Source: Paraspadella gotoi (taxonomy: Eukaryota; Animalia; Chaetognatha). Taken from it: 64,000 nucleotides of DNA. This document shows, in pieces, positions 1 through 14,086 of this stretch (position 1 is the stretch's first letter; every line of letters begins with the position of its first letter). The position numbers were made by a program, and so were the translations under genes. The notes beneath the pieces are model-generated. The model made no database searches. It worked only from the letters and a program-made list of their open reading frames with translations, and had not been told where the DNA came from. The stretch covers positions 13,023,923 to 13,087,922 of the forward strand of contig CM119263.1 of assembly GCA_051294375.1 (NCBI GenBank), written 5' to 3'.

Positions 1-3000
1 TATTCTGCTGTTAGCTCTCTCTACTTCGTCTTACAAACTAATTATGTTGAACACGACCACTTCAACTTGAACACAGGAGATTCTAACTAAGCTGAGGCAC
101 CAGAACAAATTGGAACTAAACCTTAGTGACAATCGAAGTACAAGACTCAAGTCAGCTGGAAGGAAAATAGGCTAAGAGCTGTATATAACAGGCATCATTT
201 CACCTCAACGTCTTTCTTTTTTCTACGGATAATATAACAAGTCTTGGGCAAGTTAGCGTAATTATTATGTGCGATGAATTGTGAATATAGGAACTGATTT
301 TATGACGTTCAATCGAGGATATTACAATAAAAATATTCAATTTGGGGCGATAATTGAATATTTTGAAAAGAGTCAGAGAGACATCGGATGCCACACTGAC
401 ACAACACGCACTGAACAGACAGGTAGAAATTAGACATTTATAAAAGAAACGTTATTTGACTTTATGATTCAATCACAATTTAATAGAACTTTAATTTTTT
501 TTTATTTTAAATTTCTCAACTTCTCATAAAATGGCAAAACATAAAACAACAAATCGAATTTTTTATGCACTTGGCAAAAAGTATACTTATTAACGTTATA
601 AGAACTATGTAATTACCGTAACCAACAAACCACAGTCGATAATTACATTAAAATAAAACACTCTTTGTATTAAAAAAGGATTAACCAATAAAACGTAGAA
701 AACTTTCAACGATAAGTTATGATCCGCTAGAAGTCGTCATGTATTGCATTTTCTCGAACTTTTGAGCTTTTTGTTGTAACAGTTGGCTTTGATTGTGGCG
801 CTCAAACGCGTTCTGAGTACCATAAAGTTATGGAAACGTGCCAGTTTATCACGCATCGTAATGTGCATATATGAAAATGGCATACTTTCGGTTTGTTTTC
901 TAATTTAGAGCTATTTGAGTGGTGTTCAAAGAGACAACTGGAGAAATAGAGAGAGAATAGAGAGGAGAGAGAGAGATGTAGAAAGAATGAGCAGAGAAGA
1001 GTAGAGAGAGAAGAGAGAGAAGACGAGACAGACAGAGAGTTAAGAATGACAGAAGAGAGGATAGAGAGAGAATGACAGAGAGTATTCAAGAAGTATGTAT
1101 GAGTTACTTGACAGAAGTGAAATAGGGAGAACGCAGCTAGTTATGCTAGAAGAAAAAAGCAGGAGCATGATTATACCTAGAGAGAGAGGACGAGAGAGTA
1201 TGAGTGAGTAGACGAGATGAAGAACTCAAGAATGGTAAGTTAGAAATAAGTAATTGAAGAGTAGTAAGAAACTGAGTCAGACCAGATACGAACAGACAGA
1301 ACAGAGCAAAATTAAGCGAGATATGACATAAACGGTATTTCCCATATTCACAATAATTAAAACCCCGTCCGCACGCCGGTTACTTATTAGGAGGAAGAGA
1401 GGCTGAGGTGACATTCCTTCTCTTTCTATATGGTATCTTTTGCACTTTTCTTTTTTTTTTTTCTTTGGCAGGTTATCACGAAAACTTCAGACTCTGTTCG
1501 CCATAATCTGCTGTACCTTTTATTAACATTTTATCCCCTCCTACAGCTTAACATTTTTTAAAAACCTATCTGCGCTCAACATGATCTTTTTTGCTTTCTT
1601 TAGTGTAGTCCTCTATATTCGCGCGCGTTTCCGATTTAGCGAAAAAATTGAATTAGCATCATAACATCATAAACAAATATGATAACTGATAACTTTAAAA
1701 ATAAGAAATAATATATATAATCATGTAGTAATATAAATTCAACAATTCTTATTATAAGAAGGATATGACACAATGGAAAAAAATGGCGAAAATACAAAAC
1801 GTTGTAATATCTGAATGAGGTTTCTTGGCAAGTAAAAAAAAATTCAAACATTCTGTTACAATGTTTTCAAAAACCTTGAGTACTTTCTAATTGAATTTAT
1901 ATTTTTTGAAAACATTATAGTTTCATATGCTGATGAGAATCTTTAAAAAGATATCACACGTGAAGTCAACACAAATCTGATAATTTTTTATATATTTTTT
2001 TTGTGATATGACTGGGGAATACAACAGGGTGCTGAAAGCTATGAAATTTTTTAAAAAAGTTACTTATTCAATATATAATTTTATAACAATTGTATATATG
2101 TATTATATATATATATATATCAGAAAATAAATAGTACTAATAGTTAGTGTTATGTCTCCAAATAAGATAGAAAAAAAACCATCATTTAAAAATTTCCGAT
2201 CGGGAAGTGGGGTAACCTAAGGCTTCCATGGCATCCTCCACGCCGTTGTTCTCTCAAAATAATTTTTTTAATTAATACATTTGAAAGGGAAAAAAAGAAA
2301 ATTTGGAATTTCAAGGTTTGCAGAAAGGGTAACAGATAATCTGGACTTATTGACATATACCATGACTTTTAATATCTTGTGAATGGGGGCAGTAAAGAAA
2401 TCTAAAAAATTTCATCATTAATCAAGTCAATGAACCCTTTCTACAGGGCTATTACGAAGAATATTTTTGCCTAATTAAAAATGGATGATAAATATAAAAT
2501 TAACATTCCTTGCTATATTAAAAAAAAATATCAATTACAAATTAAACACATATGTTTGCATTTGTCAAAATAATGTTAACCAGCTATAATATTTTTTTAC
2601 AACTTTAATATGATAAACGCAGTGTGTCAGAGTTTTAGTTTGCAGTTAAAGATAATGGACAAAATGACATTTCTTTTTTCACGAAACGAGAGAGTAAATG
2701 TCAGACTGAGTTTATATAAAGGCTGAAACACATTTTTTATTTATAATCAATGTTATAATACAAACTATATTATTTTCAAGCTACAACATAAATTTTGCCT
2801 TGTTTTAATTTTTAGAAAAATATACAATTCACTCTCCCACAAAAAAAATAAACAAAAATGTAAATTCATCTTTCCCTTTATGGGTCAAATTAACAAAAGA
2901 AAAAGATAAAAATATTTCAATATGTCTTCCATGTGAAATTGATTTAAACAGCGGAATATAATACTGTTATCCCTTTTTAACTCTGATTTAAGACACAAAA

Positions 3001-4450
3001 GCTGTGTAAAGATTTATGGATTTAATTTAATAAAACTCTTTTAGAAACGGTGTCCACCATGATTAGGTGGCTTTAATTTGACTACCACAATCCCACCTTG
3101 GCTACCTCTTTTTTTTTAAAAGTTATTTTAAAAAACAATAAATTTTTTTAAAATTACGCAGTAACAAATCTTTGTTAATATAAAAATTTTTTGGCAAAGC
3201 GGAGTGAGTATCGTCACTTTATTCTCTGTTGGTACCGGATACTTAAATTTCACAAATTTTTCAAAACTTGAGAGAAATTTTTGATCCATTTAGAGACATA
3301 TCACTTTCAATGTACCCATCCGTATAATAATTTATTTTATTTTATTCCCCCAAAAAAAGCCTAATTAGAAAAGTTGAATTTTTTCAAATTGTTTGGAAAA
3401 AAACTTTACAAATCCGACCATGCTCATTGAGAAAATGGTTTTGGCATAGAAAACTTAAAATATCAAAAAAAAATAAAAAAATTCAGCCTCTAGAAAAATC
3501 GAAGGGCTAGAAGGCTGATTTTTTAGGAATTGGCAAAAATTTTTTTCGCTGACTCCTAATCCATTATTCCAAGTTTTGAAAATATTTTTTTTCTCAAAAA
3601 AAATCATACTCAACTCAATTTTTTTTATTAGTTAAAAAAAATGTTTTTATGATAGTTGTTTTTGTTTGGAAAGAATTGAAAAAAACAAGTAAAAAATATA
3701 AGTAATTTATAAGTTTCTTGAAAAATAACCTTTAAATATATAATAATTTAGAACACAAGGGGAGTAAGGCAGAGAAAACTTCCTATTCAATAAAAGAAAA
3801 TATGAAAAATGAATTTGTCATAAATGTTAATTAGATTAATTGGACTAATTACACAACCAAAATGAATTTCATGATAAATTGAAGGTATGATGGTAAAATA
3901 TTCATCCTTGGTCTCGTGTTAACTATTAGGGTTTACGTTAACAGTTTTGTTTTAATAATATTAATTTTTTTTTTGCCAATTTAATAAAAGCAATGGTCTA
4001 ATAAAACATTTTGTAAGCTGTTTTCAAGCTAATATTGCTTCATCTTTTTACTATTTGATTCTAAGTTAGCTTTTTGTTGATGGTCAAGGGTTATGGGTCA
4101 AATACAGATATGTCGAGTAGTGTATATCGCAACAAATATTACCAAAAAGTAGTGATCAAATGTAATTTGGCTCAGAAACGATTTTAACAGGGACAAAAAT
4201 CAGCAACAGACCGTTTCGCGCACGTTTAATTTTCATTGTGTAATATGGTCCAAGAGAACCTCTTTCTCTCTACTAGTATACTATTAGAGTGAAGATATTT
4301 CCCAGACGCCTAAGCAATGCTTTATCCGCCGATCCGAACAAGCAGTTATTTCGTAATATAGACGGGCGGGTTCGCCCGCACCAACTTTTGGCAACTTTCC
4401 TTCTTTCCTCTTTCATTTTATCTACATCGAAAAGAACTCGCCCTTCAGAT

Positions 4451-5964
4451 NNNNNNNNNNNNNNNNNNNNNNNNNTTTTTTTTTTTTTTTTTTTTTTGAC
4501 GAGAAACGCATAAATCATCGTCTGAAATATTTCACGTCGTCGGCCTTGGCTGGCATCGTCATCGCAGCTGCTGATGCCGTTTAAAATTATATCATTTTTT
4601 TTCCTTTTTAGCGATTTCTATTACTTTTAACTCGCAAAATGCATGAAAAAAACAAAAAGGCTGTGAGGATTATTTTCTCATTGTCATCTTGTTACTAAAA
4701 AAAAATCAGGTTCTTATCTTGAAAAATAACATTTAAGTAAAGTCTCTAAGTCTCTCTCTCTCTCTCTCTCTCTCNNNNNNNNNNNNNNNNNNNNNNNNNN
4801 NNNNNNNNNNNNNNNNNNNNNNNNNNNNNNNNNNNNNNNNNNNNNNNNNNNNNNNNNNNNNNNNNNNNNNNNNNNNNNNNNNNNNNNNNNNNNNNNNNNN
4901 NNNNNNNNNNNNNNNNNNNNNNNNNNNNNNNNNNNNNNNNNNNNNNNNNNNNNNNNNNNNNNNNNNNNNNNNNNNNNNNNNNNNNNNNNNNNNNNNNNNN
5001 NNNNNNNNNNNNNNNNNNNNNNNNNNNNNNNNNNNNNNNNNNNNNNNNNNNNNNNNNNNNNNNNNNNNNNNNNNNNNNNNNNNNNNNNNNNNNNNNNNNN
5101 NNNNNNNNNNNNNNNNNNNNNNNNNNNNNNNNNNNNNNNNNNNNNNNNNNNNNNAAAAAAAAGAGGCTTTTATTCATTCGAAAGAACAGGTGACGTTGTT
5201 TTAAAAGCATTTCGCGATAAAGGCAAAAATAACTCATTTTCTACGTTTATCATCCGACGGGTTTTTAGAGTTTCACCCCCCCCCCAATCCTTTTTGTTGT
5301 TGCTTATTCCTTCTCCTCTCGTGTTTGTCAACTCTTTTTCTTGTTAGTTGTTACACACCGGGTTGTTGCTGCCTCAGCGGTTTCACTTGTTTTTCCTTTT
5401 TTTTTTAATNNNNNNNNNNNNNNNNNNNNNNNNNNNNNNNNNNNNNNNNNNNNNNNNNNNNNNNNNNNNNNNNNNNNNNNNNNNNNNNNNNNNNNNNNNN
5501 NNNNNNNNNNNNNNNNNNNNNNNNNNNNNNNNNNNNNNNNNNNNNNNNNNNNNNNNNNNNNNNNNNNNNNNNNNNNNNNNNNNNNNNNNNNNNNNNNNNN
5601 NNNNNNNNNNNNNNNNNNNNNNNNNNNNNNNNNNNNNNNNNNNNNNNNNNNNNNNNNNNNNNNNNNNNNNNNNNNNNNNNNNNNNNNNNNNNNNNNNNNC
5701 GTGTGGCTGCATTTTGTAATTTCGAATCGAAGAAAACAAGAGACGACGCGAGAATAAATGAATTAAAAACATTTTAAACCAAACAGTTTAAAATATAAAA
5801 ACAAAAGTGATGAGAAAAAAAAAAGGCAAATATCGTCCGATATTTTTCGTCTTGGACTTAATGGATTAATTGGGGTTTTTCGAGTTGCGGTTTGAGATGA
5901 AGATAGAAATTCAGAAGAAAATTTAACTTGGCTCTATAGTCACTTTTTTCATTGNNNNNNNNNN
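4451..5964. other. Cluster of assembly gaps (N at 4451-4475, 4775-5154, 5410-5699, 5955-5964; further gaps at 14460-14493 and 34277-34301)
   Basis: Runs of N seen directly, several abutting (TC)n or poly-T tracts. Confidence 0.99.
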
Positions 5965-6195
5965 GAATCGAAGAAAACAACAGACGACGCTAGAATAAAT
6001 GAATTAAAAACATTTTAAACCAAACAGTTTAAAATATAAAAACAAAAGTGATGAGAAAAAAAAGAGGCAAATATCGTCCGATATTTTTCGTCTTGGACTT
6101 AATGGATTAATTGGGCTTTTTCGAGTTGCGGTTTGAGGTGAAGATAGAAATTCAGAAGAAAATTTAACTTGGCTCTATCGTCACTTTTTTCATTG
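5724..6195 (+). repeat. 231-bp direct duplication on either side of a 10-N gap (probably two alleles of one locus)
   Basis: 5724-5954 and 5965-6195 align end to end with 6 substitutions and no indels. Confidence 0.9.
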
Positions 6196-6211
6196 GGAAA
6201 TTCTTCCACAT

Positions 6212-6256
6212 AAAAAAGTCACTGCGGCGCAACGCCGTGAGCTTGCCGGCAAACCT
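6212..6256 (+). mobile_element. Orphan 3' end of the Helentron/DINE-1-like (HINE) family
   Basis: AAAGTCACTGCGGCGCAAC (subterminal repeat GCGGCGCAAC at 6224-6233) is the same 3' motif as at 21897, 38099, 47359 and 62159; no 5' end is visible. Confidence 0.55.
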
Positions 6257-6388
6257 TGAACGTATGGATAAGACTTAAGGTCTCATTGGCCTTTGGCTAA
6301 TATTTATTAAAACTCAAAAAGACGAACGATCGATACTGAGCCAGTAGTCGAAGACCGAAAAAAGGAATAAGAAAAAAGAAACCTCTTT

Positions 6389-6389
6389 C

Positions 6390-6481
<92 letters not shown>
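6389..6481. repeat. (TC)n microsatellite
   Basis: About 90 bp of near-perfect TC repeat. Similar GA/TC tracts occur near 11.3, 12.2, 13.1, 14.1, 14.4, 24.8, 28.0, 32.2, 34.5, 36.0, 42.9, 45.3, 51.9, 54.7 and 57.0 kb. Confidence 0.97.
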
Positions 6482-6485
<4 letters not shown>

Positions 6486-6533
6486 CGGCGCTCGCGCCAA
6501 ACGATTCCCAAAGTCTTCGATTTTTCCACCCAG

Positions 6534-9464
6534 GGACTCGGGGGTCCCTCGATCTTCGCGGTCTTCACGGTATTTACGGCCTTTACTGTATTTACTGCCT
6601 CCCTTCTCCTCGGCTACATTCGGGGTCATTTTTCAAATCTGAAGGAGAGCAGCGCCGCCTAGACCTTGGAAAGGAGAATCCACGGCGTGGCGTTTCGGGC
6701 GCCGACGGTGAATCGTGTCTGCGCTGAATAAACTCCTTGGTTACGTCGGAGATTCTGTTTTTTTTTTTGTTTTTTTTTATTCTGTTTTGGAGCACATAAA
6801 CGTGAAGGTGAGCTTTAGTACTCGAGCTGCAACACTGCCATCCAAATTTCCAGCGTCATTTTTGGCTATGACCTACTTTCAATCGGGGCCTCTGACAGGA
6901 TGAAGCCACAACTGCCTAACGCTAAAAAGATAGTCAAACTGACAAAAACTTTTTCAAAGCCACGATTTTCGTGTAAATCGCAAGGTACTTGACTCATTAG
7001 TAAATACATCTTTGTTCCAACTGCAATTTGGCAAGCCAACTAGCTAAAAAATAAATTTTCTCGAAGCTCGATTTTTACGAGAGCGCGTGGTCTCGCGGTC
7101 AGTATCCGCGGTCAGAGCGATGGTTCGCTTCGGCATTTAGTTGCGACGCCATCGCTGCCGCTGCCGCTGCCGCCAGCCGCCGCCAGCCGTCGCCAGCCGC
7201 CGCCAGCCACTGTCGATTCCCTCTCCTAATTGTAAGGCTCAACGCAATTTCTGCCGACCGTCCGGCAGCCATCGCCGGTTTACGAGTCCGCCAACGCCGG
7301 AAAAGACGTCTTGGCAGACGGAGAGCGCCAAAATTGAGAAACCTTTGGAAACCGGCGCAACTCAATCAAAGTCAAGGGTTTTCGGGTCATGGAAATGGCG
7401 AGGTTCATTTTGGGAAGTGAGAGACGCACGTCGTTGATTTAGAATGTGACTAAGGGCCTTTTTTCTTTTTTGATTGAGAAGAAGGTAAAATATAGAAATA
7501 GTATAAGTATATAGTATGTATCTGCTCTCTCTCTCTCTCATCGTCGTCTCGTCTGCCCTCTGTCTCTTTCTCTCTCCCTCTTTCACCTTCTCTCAAAAAA
7601 CTCACCTTTAGCCCGGTTTTCTTCGACCTCGTCACGATTTGACCTCTCTGACCAGGAAGAAGGTAACTCGGAACTATTTCAAAATGGTTTTTATAGTCAA
7701 TTCTCATTCAGCTCATCGTTAAAAATGATTGCTGACGAACTTTTTTCCGAAGAAAACAGTTTTTTTTTCTAATGAGGGGAAAAGAAATTCGAGGAAAAAG
7801 CAATCGTAAAGGTTGTGCTTCGTTTATTGCGATAGAAGTAAAATTTATTCCCCCGTTTATTCTAAATCCTACTATGCTACATAGAGGATAATCAAATCAT
7901 AATGCCTAGATTTGCTATCCTTATTGCTTAATATTGCTTATAGACTCGTGAATGTTCGTCTAGTTTTTCGCTTGTGAATTTTCGGCCAACCGATTCCATC
8001 TCCTCATTTCAGGGCATCTAAGGCATTTTTCCCGGCGCCCAGCTCCAACAGAGGATTTCCAGTTGAGCCACATCGTGCCTCCCAAGCCTTTCAAGGCCGA
8101 CCCGATCACAAGACGAGTTTCCGGCGTAAGCTCCTTCGCCCGATTTATTCTCTCCCTAAGTCGGTTCGAGTCTCGCGCTCGAATGGCGGCCCAAGCGAAA
8201 CGACCCGACTTAATAATACAACATTTGACCGACTTTCCCCTTTTTTTTATGAGACTCGTTTCATATCGGTTCCCTCGCCTCCTTTTCCTCCTTTTACTCC
8301 GATTGCTTCCCCCCCCCAATTCCTCCGCGCGGAGACCGCAGCGCCCTCGTCGGACGGCGGACTAATCAATTTTCATTCTCCACTTTGTCGGCGGCAGTAC
8401 GAAGTCGAGGCTCCGCTCGAAAGTACAAAAAAAAATTTACATCCGTACAGTTTCGTTTTATGTTTGTGATGAGTCAGGATTGAAGGCTTGAGGGAGAGGG
8501 AGAGGGAGAGAGAGAGAGAGAGTGAGAGAGACGTTTAATCTTGGCTGCCAGTACAAGCTTTTCTCACACAAAGCAGTTTACATTCAAATGCGAGATTTAT
8601 ATTTTTTTTTCATGTGAGTCTTTCGACTCATGAAAGACTCGGATTTTTCTGATCATCTCAAGACAGTTCTCTCATTTCGAGCTTAAAGAGGCGCCTTAGA
8701 CGCTCGGGTGCGATTATATAAGCTCGACCCGAGGTTTTTTTTTTAAATTCCGGATCGAATGTAGGCGGTCAGCCAAGCGGCCATGCCGTGCGTGGGATAC
8801 ATAGGGGTCAAGACAAATCGGGGCTACGTCGTTCTCGGCAATGGACCCCCTCAAGAAAAGTAAACGCAAAGGAATTAGCTTCTACTCTTTATGGCTTGAT
8901 TGATAAACATATAATTTCGAACCTCAACGACGCCATTTTTAAGGTGCGGCCGAAGTTACTCTGGTTTCTCAATCAGCCCAAAGGAGAAACAAGATCTCGT
9001 CAGGTCGTTCGGAAACGGATATCCTTATCCCGGAGTTTTTCCCGACGTGAGCGTTCCGATTTGAATCGATAATTAATTAATAATTTTTGTCGATTAATTA
9101 GATCTTCGATTCGTGCAATCATTCTTTGCTTGTTAAAGCTTTTAATCGCTTTATTATTTTTTTTTTTTTTATTTTGATCAGTCTGAAATGCTGAAGAAAG
9201 AGAAACCACCGGCACCACCCCTCCACGACATTCTGTGGCTACCAAAGGTGTCTACAACTATTTATCTTTAATCGATGATTGCGATTGATTAACGAGAAAG
9301 TCGTCCTCACGATCAAAGTTTTCGGTCATTGTTTTAAATGTTTTGTTTTTTTCAAATTTCCTTTTCAGGCGGGCATGGAGCCGTCTAAATTTTTTCACAA
9401 GCACAAGGACTACACCCAGTTTCAGTCGCTCTACATTCAAGGAACGCACATCGACAAGGAGTGA
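6534..9464 (+). CDS. Putative multi-exon protein-coding gene of unknown function
   Basis: GC-rich blocks bounded by AG/GT: 6534-6569, 6645-6707, 7237-7416, 7612-7662, 8013-8125, 8765-8859, 8944-8998 (or 9003), 9182-9247, 9369-9464. From ATG 7389 the phases join into 167 aa (MEMARFILGTRFSS...MPCVGYIGVKTNRGYVVLGNG...KPPAPPLHDILWLPKAGMEPSKFFHKHKDYTQFQSLYIQGTHIDKE*). The last two exons show C/G-ending codon bias. No family recognised, and the N-terminal frame is ambiguous. Confidence 0.5.
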
Positions 9465-11263
9465 AAAATCGGTTTTGGTCGAATATAAAATATTCACGCA
9501 ATCGCTTCACGCGAAAACTCGATCTTTTCTCGAGGATTGGAGAGCGCTACTCTACCCTCCCCCCTCTCAGTCCGAGCCTTTCGCAGAAAAACACTCGTTT
9601 CTCTTTTTTCTCTCGCGTCGCCCTTCATTTCTTTTTTTTTTTCCTTTCAACTCGACGAGGATAAAGTCGGGCTTCACTTGCGGTTGCGTTTGCTCGCAAT
9701 CGCTCGAGCGTCGTACTATGCAAATGGCGAAGGAGAAAATTTTTTCTCGGGGAATCCTCGGCCTGGCGAGAAGGACAACGAAAAGGCGAGGGTCATCAAC
9801 GCTATTGTCCAAAGCCGCAGAAAGCCGAGGCACGCCCTCTTTTCCTCGCGTTTCTTTGTCAGCGTCACCTCTGAGATTCCGATTTTCTTTCTCCTCTCTT
9901 TTTATTTTTCTTCTCTCTTTTGAATCTGTTGTTCTGTTGTTTTTTTTTTTTCTCCCTCTTATGTTTATCTTTTCCCGGTAGAACTGTTTCTTTGTAACAG
10001 ATGCTGGAAAACATCTCTATAAATTATAGTATAATGAAAGTTCGACGAGAAAATGGCAAGACTATAATCTCGATAGTGATTCCCATAAAGAAAAAAAAAT
10101 ATTTTATCGGTCGGAATTTTAAAGACATAAAGGATAATGTTTTAACCTCCTGATTGATTTCAAGTTGACTTTTACAATTAGTATTTCTCAAAAAGGTAGG
10201 TAGAGAGAGGAAGGAGAAGAGCGGTTTCAAAAAGAAAAAAAATGTCTAAAATGTTTTGGCGAGTGAGAGGAATCCAGAGAGCGTTTAGTGGAATGAGGAA
10301 ATTCTAGAGAGCGTTTCGGCGAAGGAAATAGTCCGAGAGAAAATATGTCGAAGAGTAAATCGGTTGCGTATGCAAATGACGTGGAGAAAAAGGAGAGAAA
10401 CATGTCCTTATATCCTCCACCAGTTATCTCCTCAGTCCCGGGCTCATCTTCTCGACCAACGATTCTTGCCTTTCCGCCAAGTCCTCTCACGATCTCGTTC
10501 CTTTGTGAAACTCGACATTGTCTTTGGACGAGTGGTTTATTTTGTTGCAATAGTGAATAACTAATGACTAACTAACTAATCTCCCGACTGTCCTCCTTAT
10601 TTTCTTTCCCTTTAACCGCGAAGTTCCGAAACAAGGAAGTCGAAATTCTATTCCCTTCGATCGTCATCTCAGCTTCGCTAATCGTCTCTACTACTCGACG
10701 CTCCCTATTTCCTTTCCCTCTATTTCTCATCTCTTAAAGTTAAACCCGAAATTCTCCATTCACGAACCTCATCTTCTCAGCTCTCAGTATGAACCCCGTG
10801 ATTCCCGAACCACTCAACCCCGAAATCTTCTCATCGACACCGAAACAAACTTTGACCCCGAATACATCATAATCGTCGTCGACGACATCAACGGCAGCAG
10901 CGGCGGCAGCGACAGCATCGTCAGTAGCAGCTTAAACTGCATCATCAACTAACGAAGGCACGCACCATGGATAATCAACTGCATAAGAGTCGTTGCACTC
11001 AAGTACGGGTAAAAAAAATTTAAGCTGCGGAGGGGATATTTCGTGCGGTGGACGAATTAAAAAAATAAAAAAAAAATAAAGGCTTTTACTGCAGTTCTTT
11101 TCTAAGCTCTGCAGCGTATATATTTGTATTTTATTTCCCTTCATGACGAAACGAATTTAGAAAGTGAGATCGTTTATAGCAATTGAATTATAATAGAATA
11201 TTTTCAATTAATATATTTTCTCAATATATGACATACAGCATTGTGTAGCGTTATTTTTTTTCG

Positions 11264-11326
<63 letters not shown>

Positions 11327-12149
11327 CTCTCTCCTTAAACATAAACTCCCTCTTTTCATTTTTCGTCTTTCCGTTCTCTCTCCGTTATGTTTAATTTTTT
11401 CAGTTTCTTTGCTAAACGACGAAAACCAAACAAGAACGAGTGAAAACAAAGAAAGAAAATGAAGGAAAAACAATGGAGAAGAGAATAGAACTCATAGTGG
11501 AGGGCGAAATAACGAATAGCAAATACAAACTTTTTTAAGAGTTTGACTATTGAGTGACGATCATAATTTCAAAATGATTTTTTTTAAGGAGAGAGAGAGA
11601 GTGAATCAGCGCCTGTCGATATAAACTGTTGAATCTAATCAAATTGAATCAAATTAAGTTAAAAAAATCAGCAGAATCGATGCAGATGCTCTACGTCGTT
11701 CATTTTTTCCCGCCATTTCAATCCGGAGTTTAATTTTATTATTTTATTTTCGGCAAAATGTCGAATTACCTTTTTCCGTTTAAAGTTTCCAGTCAACTAG
11801 GATTTCCTTAAGATCGGAAACTTTACACAGTACTCTTTACAATGGTTTTTTTCTACTCTATTTTCGTTGGCTAAAGAAATTAAATGTTAATTCAAAAATA
11901 AATCCCCGATCTTTTTTAAATATCGGTAAACATTTTGGCATGACGGATCAATCAGAACTGCAAGCACCGACACGGACAGACGGATCGATGGTGGCCGGAT
12001 CGTGGTCGCCGACGTCGAAAGAGACGAGAGGAAAACGAGACCGATTTGTCAGTCGTCGATTAAGACGAACTGTTTCTCACGTCGACGATGCTATGTTCAG
12101 AAAAGGGAAAAGGCGAGAAGGGACAGACTCAGAGATATAAAAAATAGAG

Positions 12150-12205
<56 letters not shown>

Positions 12206-13119
12206 GAGAGAGAAGAGAGAGAGAGAGATTCCAAAAATAGTCGAGGACTGGATATCTCTAGAGGATTCAGCCAACGGGATGTGTGGGGCGCTGAGAGGGA
12301 GAACCGAGGACGAGGACGGGAAAGGGAGGAGAAATATGGAAAGCATTGGAAGAGGACGGAATATAAAGAGCAGAGGGGGAGGGAGAGGGGCCGGTTAAGA
12401 GAGGAAAGGAGAGACAGAGATGTTGAAAGGGGAAAAGATGGAAGAGTGAGTTAGTTGACTGGAAGGAAGTTGGGAAGGTGGAAAATGCAAGAAGTAAAAT
12501 GAGGATCGTTGAGAGGAGAGCGGATGGGAAAAATAGGGCCAGTTGATACTGGACGGAATATTATTTTGAACTCGAAGATGCTTGGAATGTTTCGCTCAAT
12601 TTGAAAAGGCAATAGGACTGGCAGTCGCGGCAAATATAATGAGGAATGAAAAGTCGGGACAATCTTTTTGGAATAACATTCGGACAATAGATCTGGGGGG
12701 AAACAATACTGGGAAAGAGAAGCGGGACAATCGAAGCACAATTAGAGCGGACTATGCGTTCACTGGGGAATTGGAGGGACACTGGTTGAGCGCGGGAGCG
12801 GGCAAGGGGGAACCCGCTGACAAAAGGAATCTAATCCAGACTCCAACTTCGAAATCAAATCATTCCAAGCGAGCGAGGAGAGAAGATTGAGAGGAGAGGA
12901 AGAGAGACCTGGTGAGATCGAGAGACCGAGAGAGAGAGAGATGAGAGAGAGAAGAGAGATGAGACAAGGAGAAGAGAGAGAGAGACATATAAGAATGACG
13001 AATGTTGGAAACCAAATGAAATTGATATTTTTTACATCCTAATTCAGATTTCTCCAGGCTCCTTGATGAGAAAAGCCTGCATATTAAACTTTTTTCTCTC
13101 TCTCTCTCTCCTCTCTTCT

Positions 13120-13168
<49 letters not shown>

Positions 13169-13698
13169 CTCTCTCTCTCTCTTTCCCTTTCTTTCCTCTC
13201 CTGCTCTCTCTTAAGAAATAATTGGAAAATAGCGGGTCGCGGACCCGCTCTCTCCGTCCTTCACCTTCTCTCTCATCCAAATATATGAACCCGTTTTTTA
13301 CTCGTTCTCCGCCGAATCAGTTTTATCCTCTTATCCAAAACCTTTGGAGCTAAGTTCCTAGTCTATTTACGTTGTACAGTATTATGCAAAACACATTGTT
13401 AAAAGAAAACAACTTTTTTTTAATTTTTTTTAATTAATTTTTTATATTTAGCACAATATAAGTAATAAGAACTAGACGAATATTCTGACGTGGACTTCAT
13501 TTTCCGCGCACAAACACATGCATCATCGAGTAGTGAAATAGTGATATTTTTTTTTAAAAAGTGACAGTTTAGCTTGATGTCTGGATGAATCGTAAATGAC
13601 CTATTAATTTTCAAAGTCCATCTCCAATCAGTCAGTTCCATGGATGTGAGCCCGGAGTCCTGAAAGTGTAATGAAGAAAAAAGCGCGCGAAAGACACG

Positions 13699-14086
13699 TC
13701 TAGACCCGACTACTCCGTCCCCCGCACCACGCCTCCAGCACCGCCATTGCCGCTACCGCCAGCCTCATCTTCTTCCATCAGCTTCGACCCCGGATGTAAA
13801 CCGGAAGCCGTGATGGCGTCGGCGTCGGCGTCGCCAGCCGTCGATCCGCGTCGGTGACACAGATTCTGCTAAAGGACACGAAAAACCAGTCTCTCTCTCT
13901 CTCTAGACCCGACTACTCCGTCCCCCGCACCACGCCTCCAGCACCGCCATTGCCGCTACGCCAGCCTCATCTTCTCCATCAGCTTCGACCCGGATGTAAA
14001 CCGGAAGCCGTGATGGCGTCGGCGTCGGCGTCGCCAGCCGTCGATCCGCGTCGGTGACACAGATTCTGCTAAAGGACACGAAAAAC

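Noticed and set aside
930-1330. Purine-rich GA-like segment as coding sequence or an element
   Set aside because: Looks like a degenerate or noisy (GA)n tract with no defined structure.
1361-1390. Helitron-like 3' end (CCCGTCCGCACGCCGGT...TTAG)
   Set aside because: Weak hairpin, no CTRR terminus and no matching 5' end.
7335-7337. In-frame TGA as selenocysteine or a variant genetic code
   Set aside because: No SECIS identified, TGA ends both gene models in this window, and an alternative frame or downstream ATG explains it.
10781-10952. Possible terminal exon SQYEPRDS...NCIIN*
   Set aside because: Partly low-complexity (GCA/GAC repeats); no upstream exon or homology recognised.
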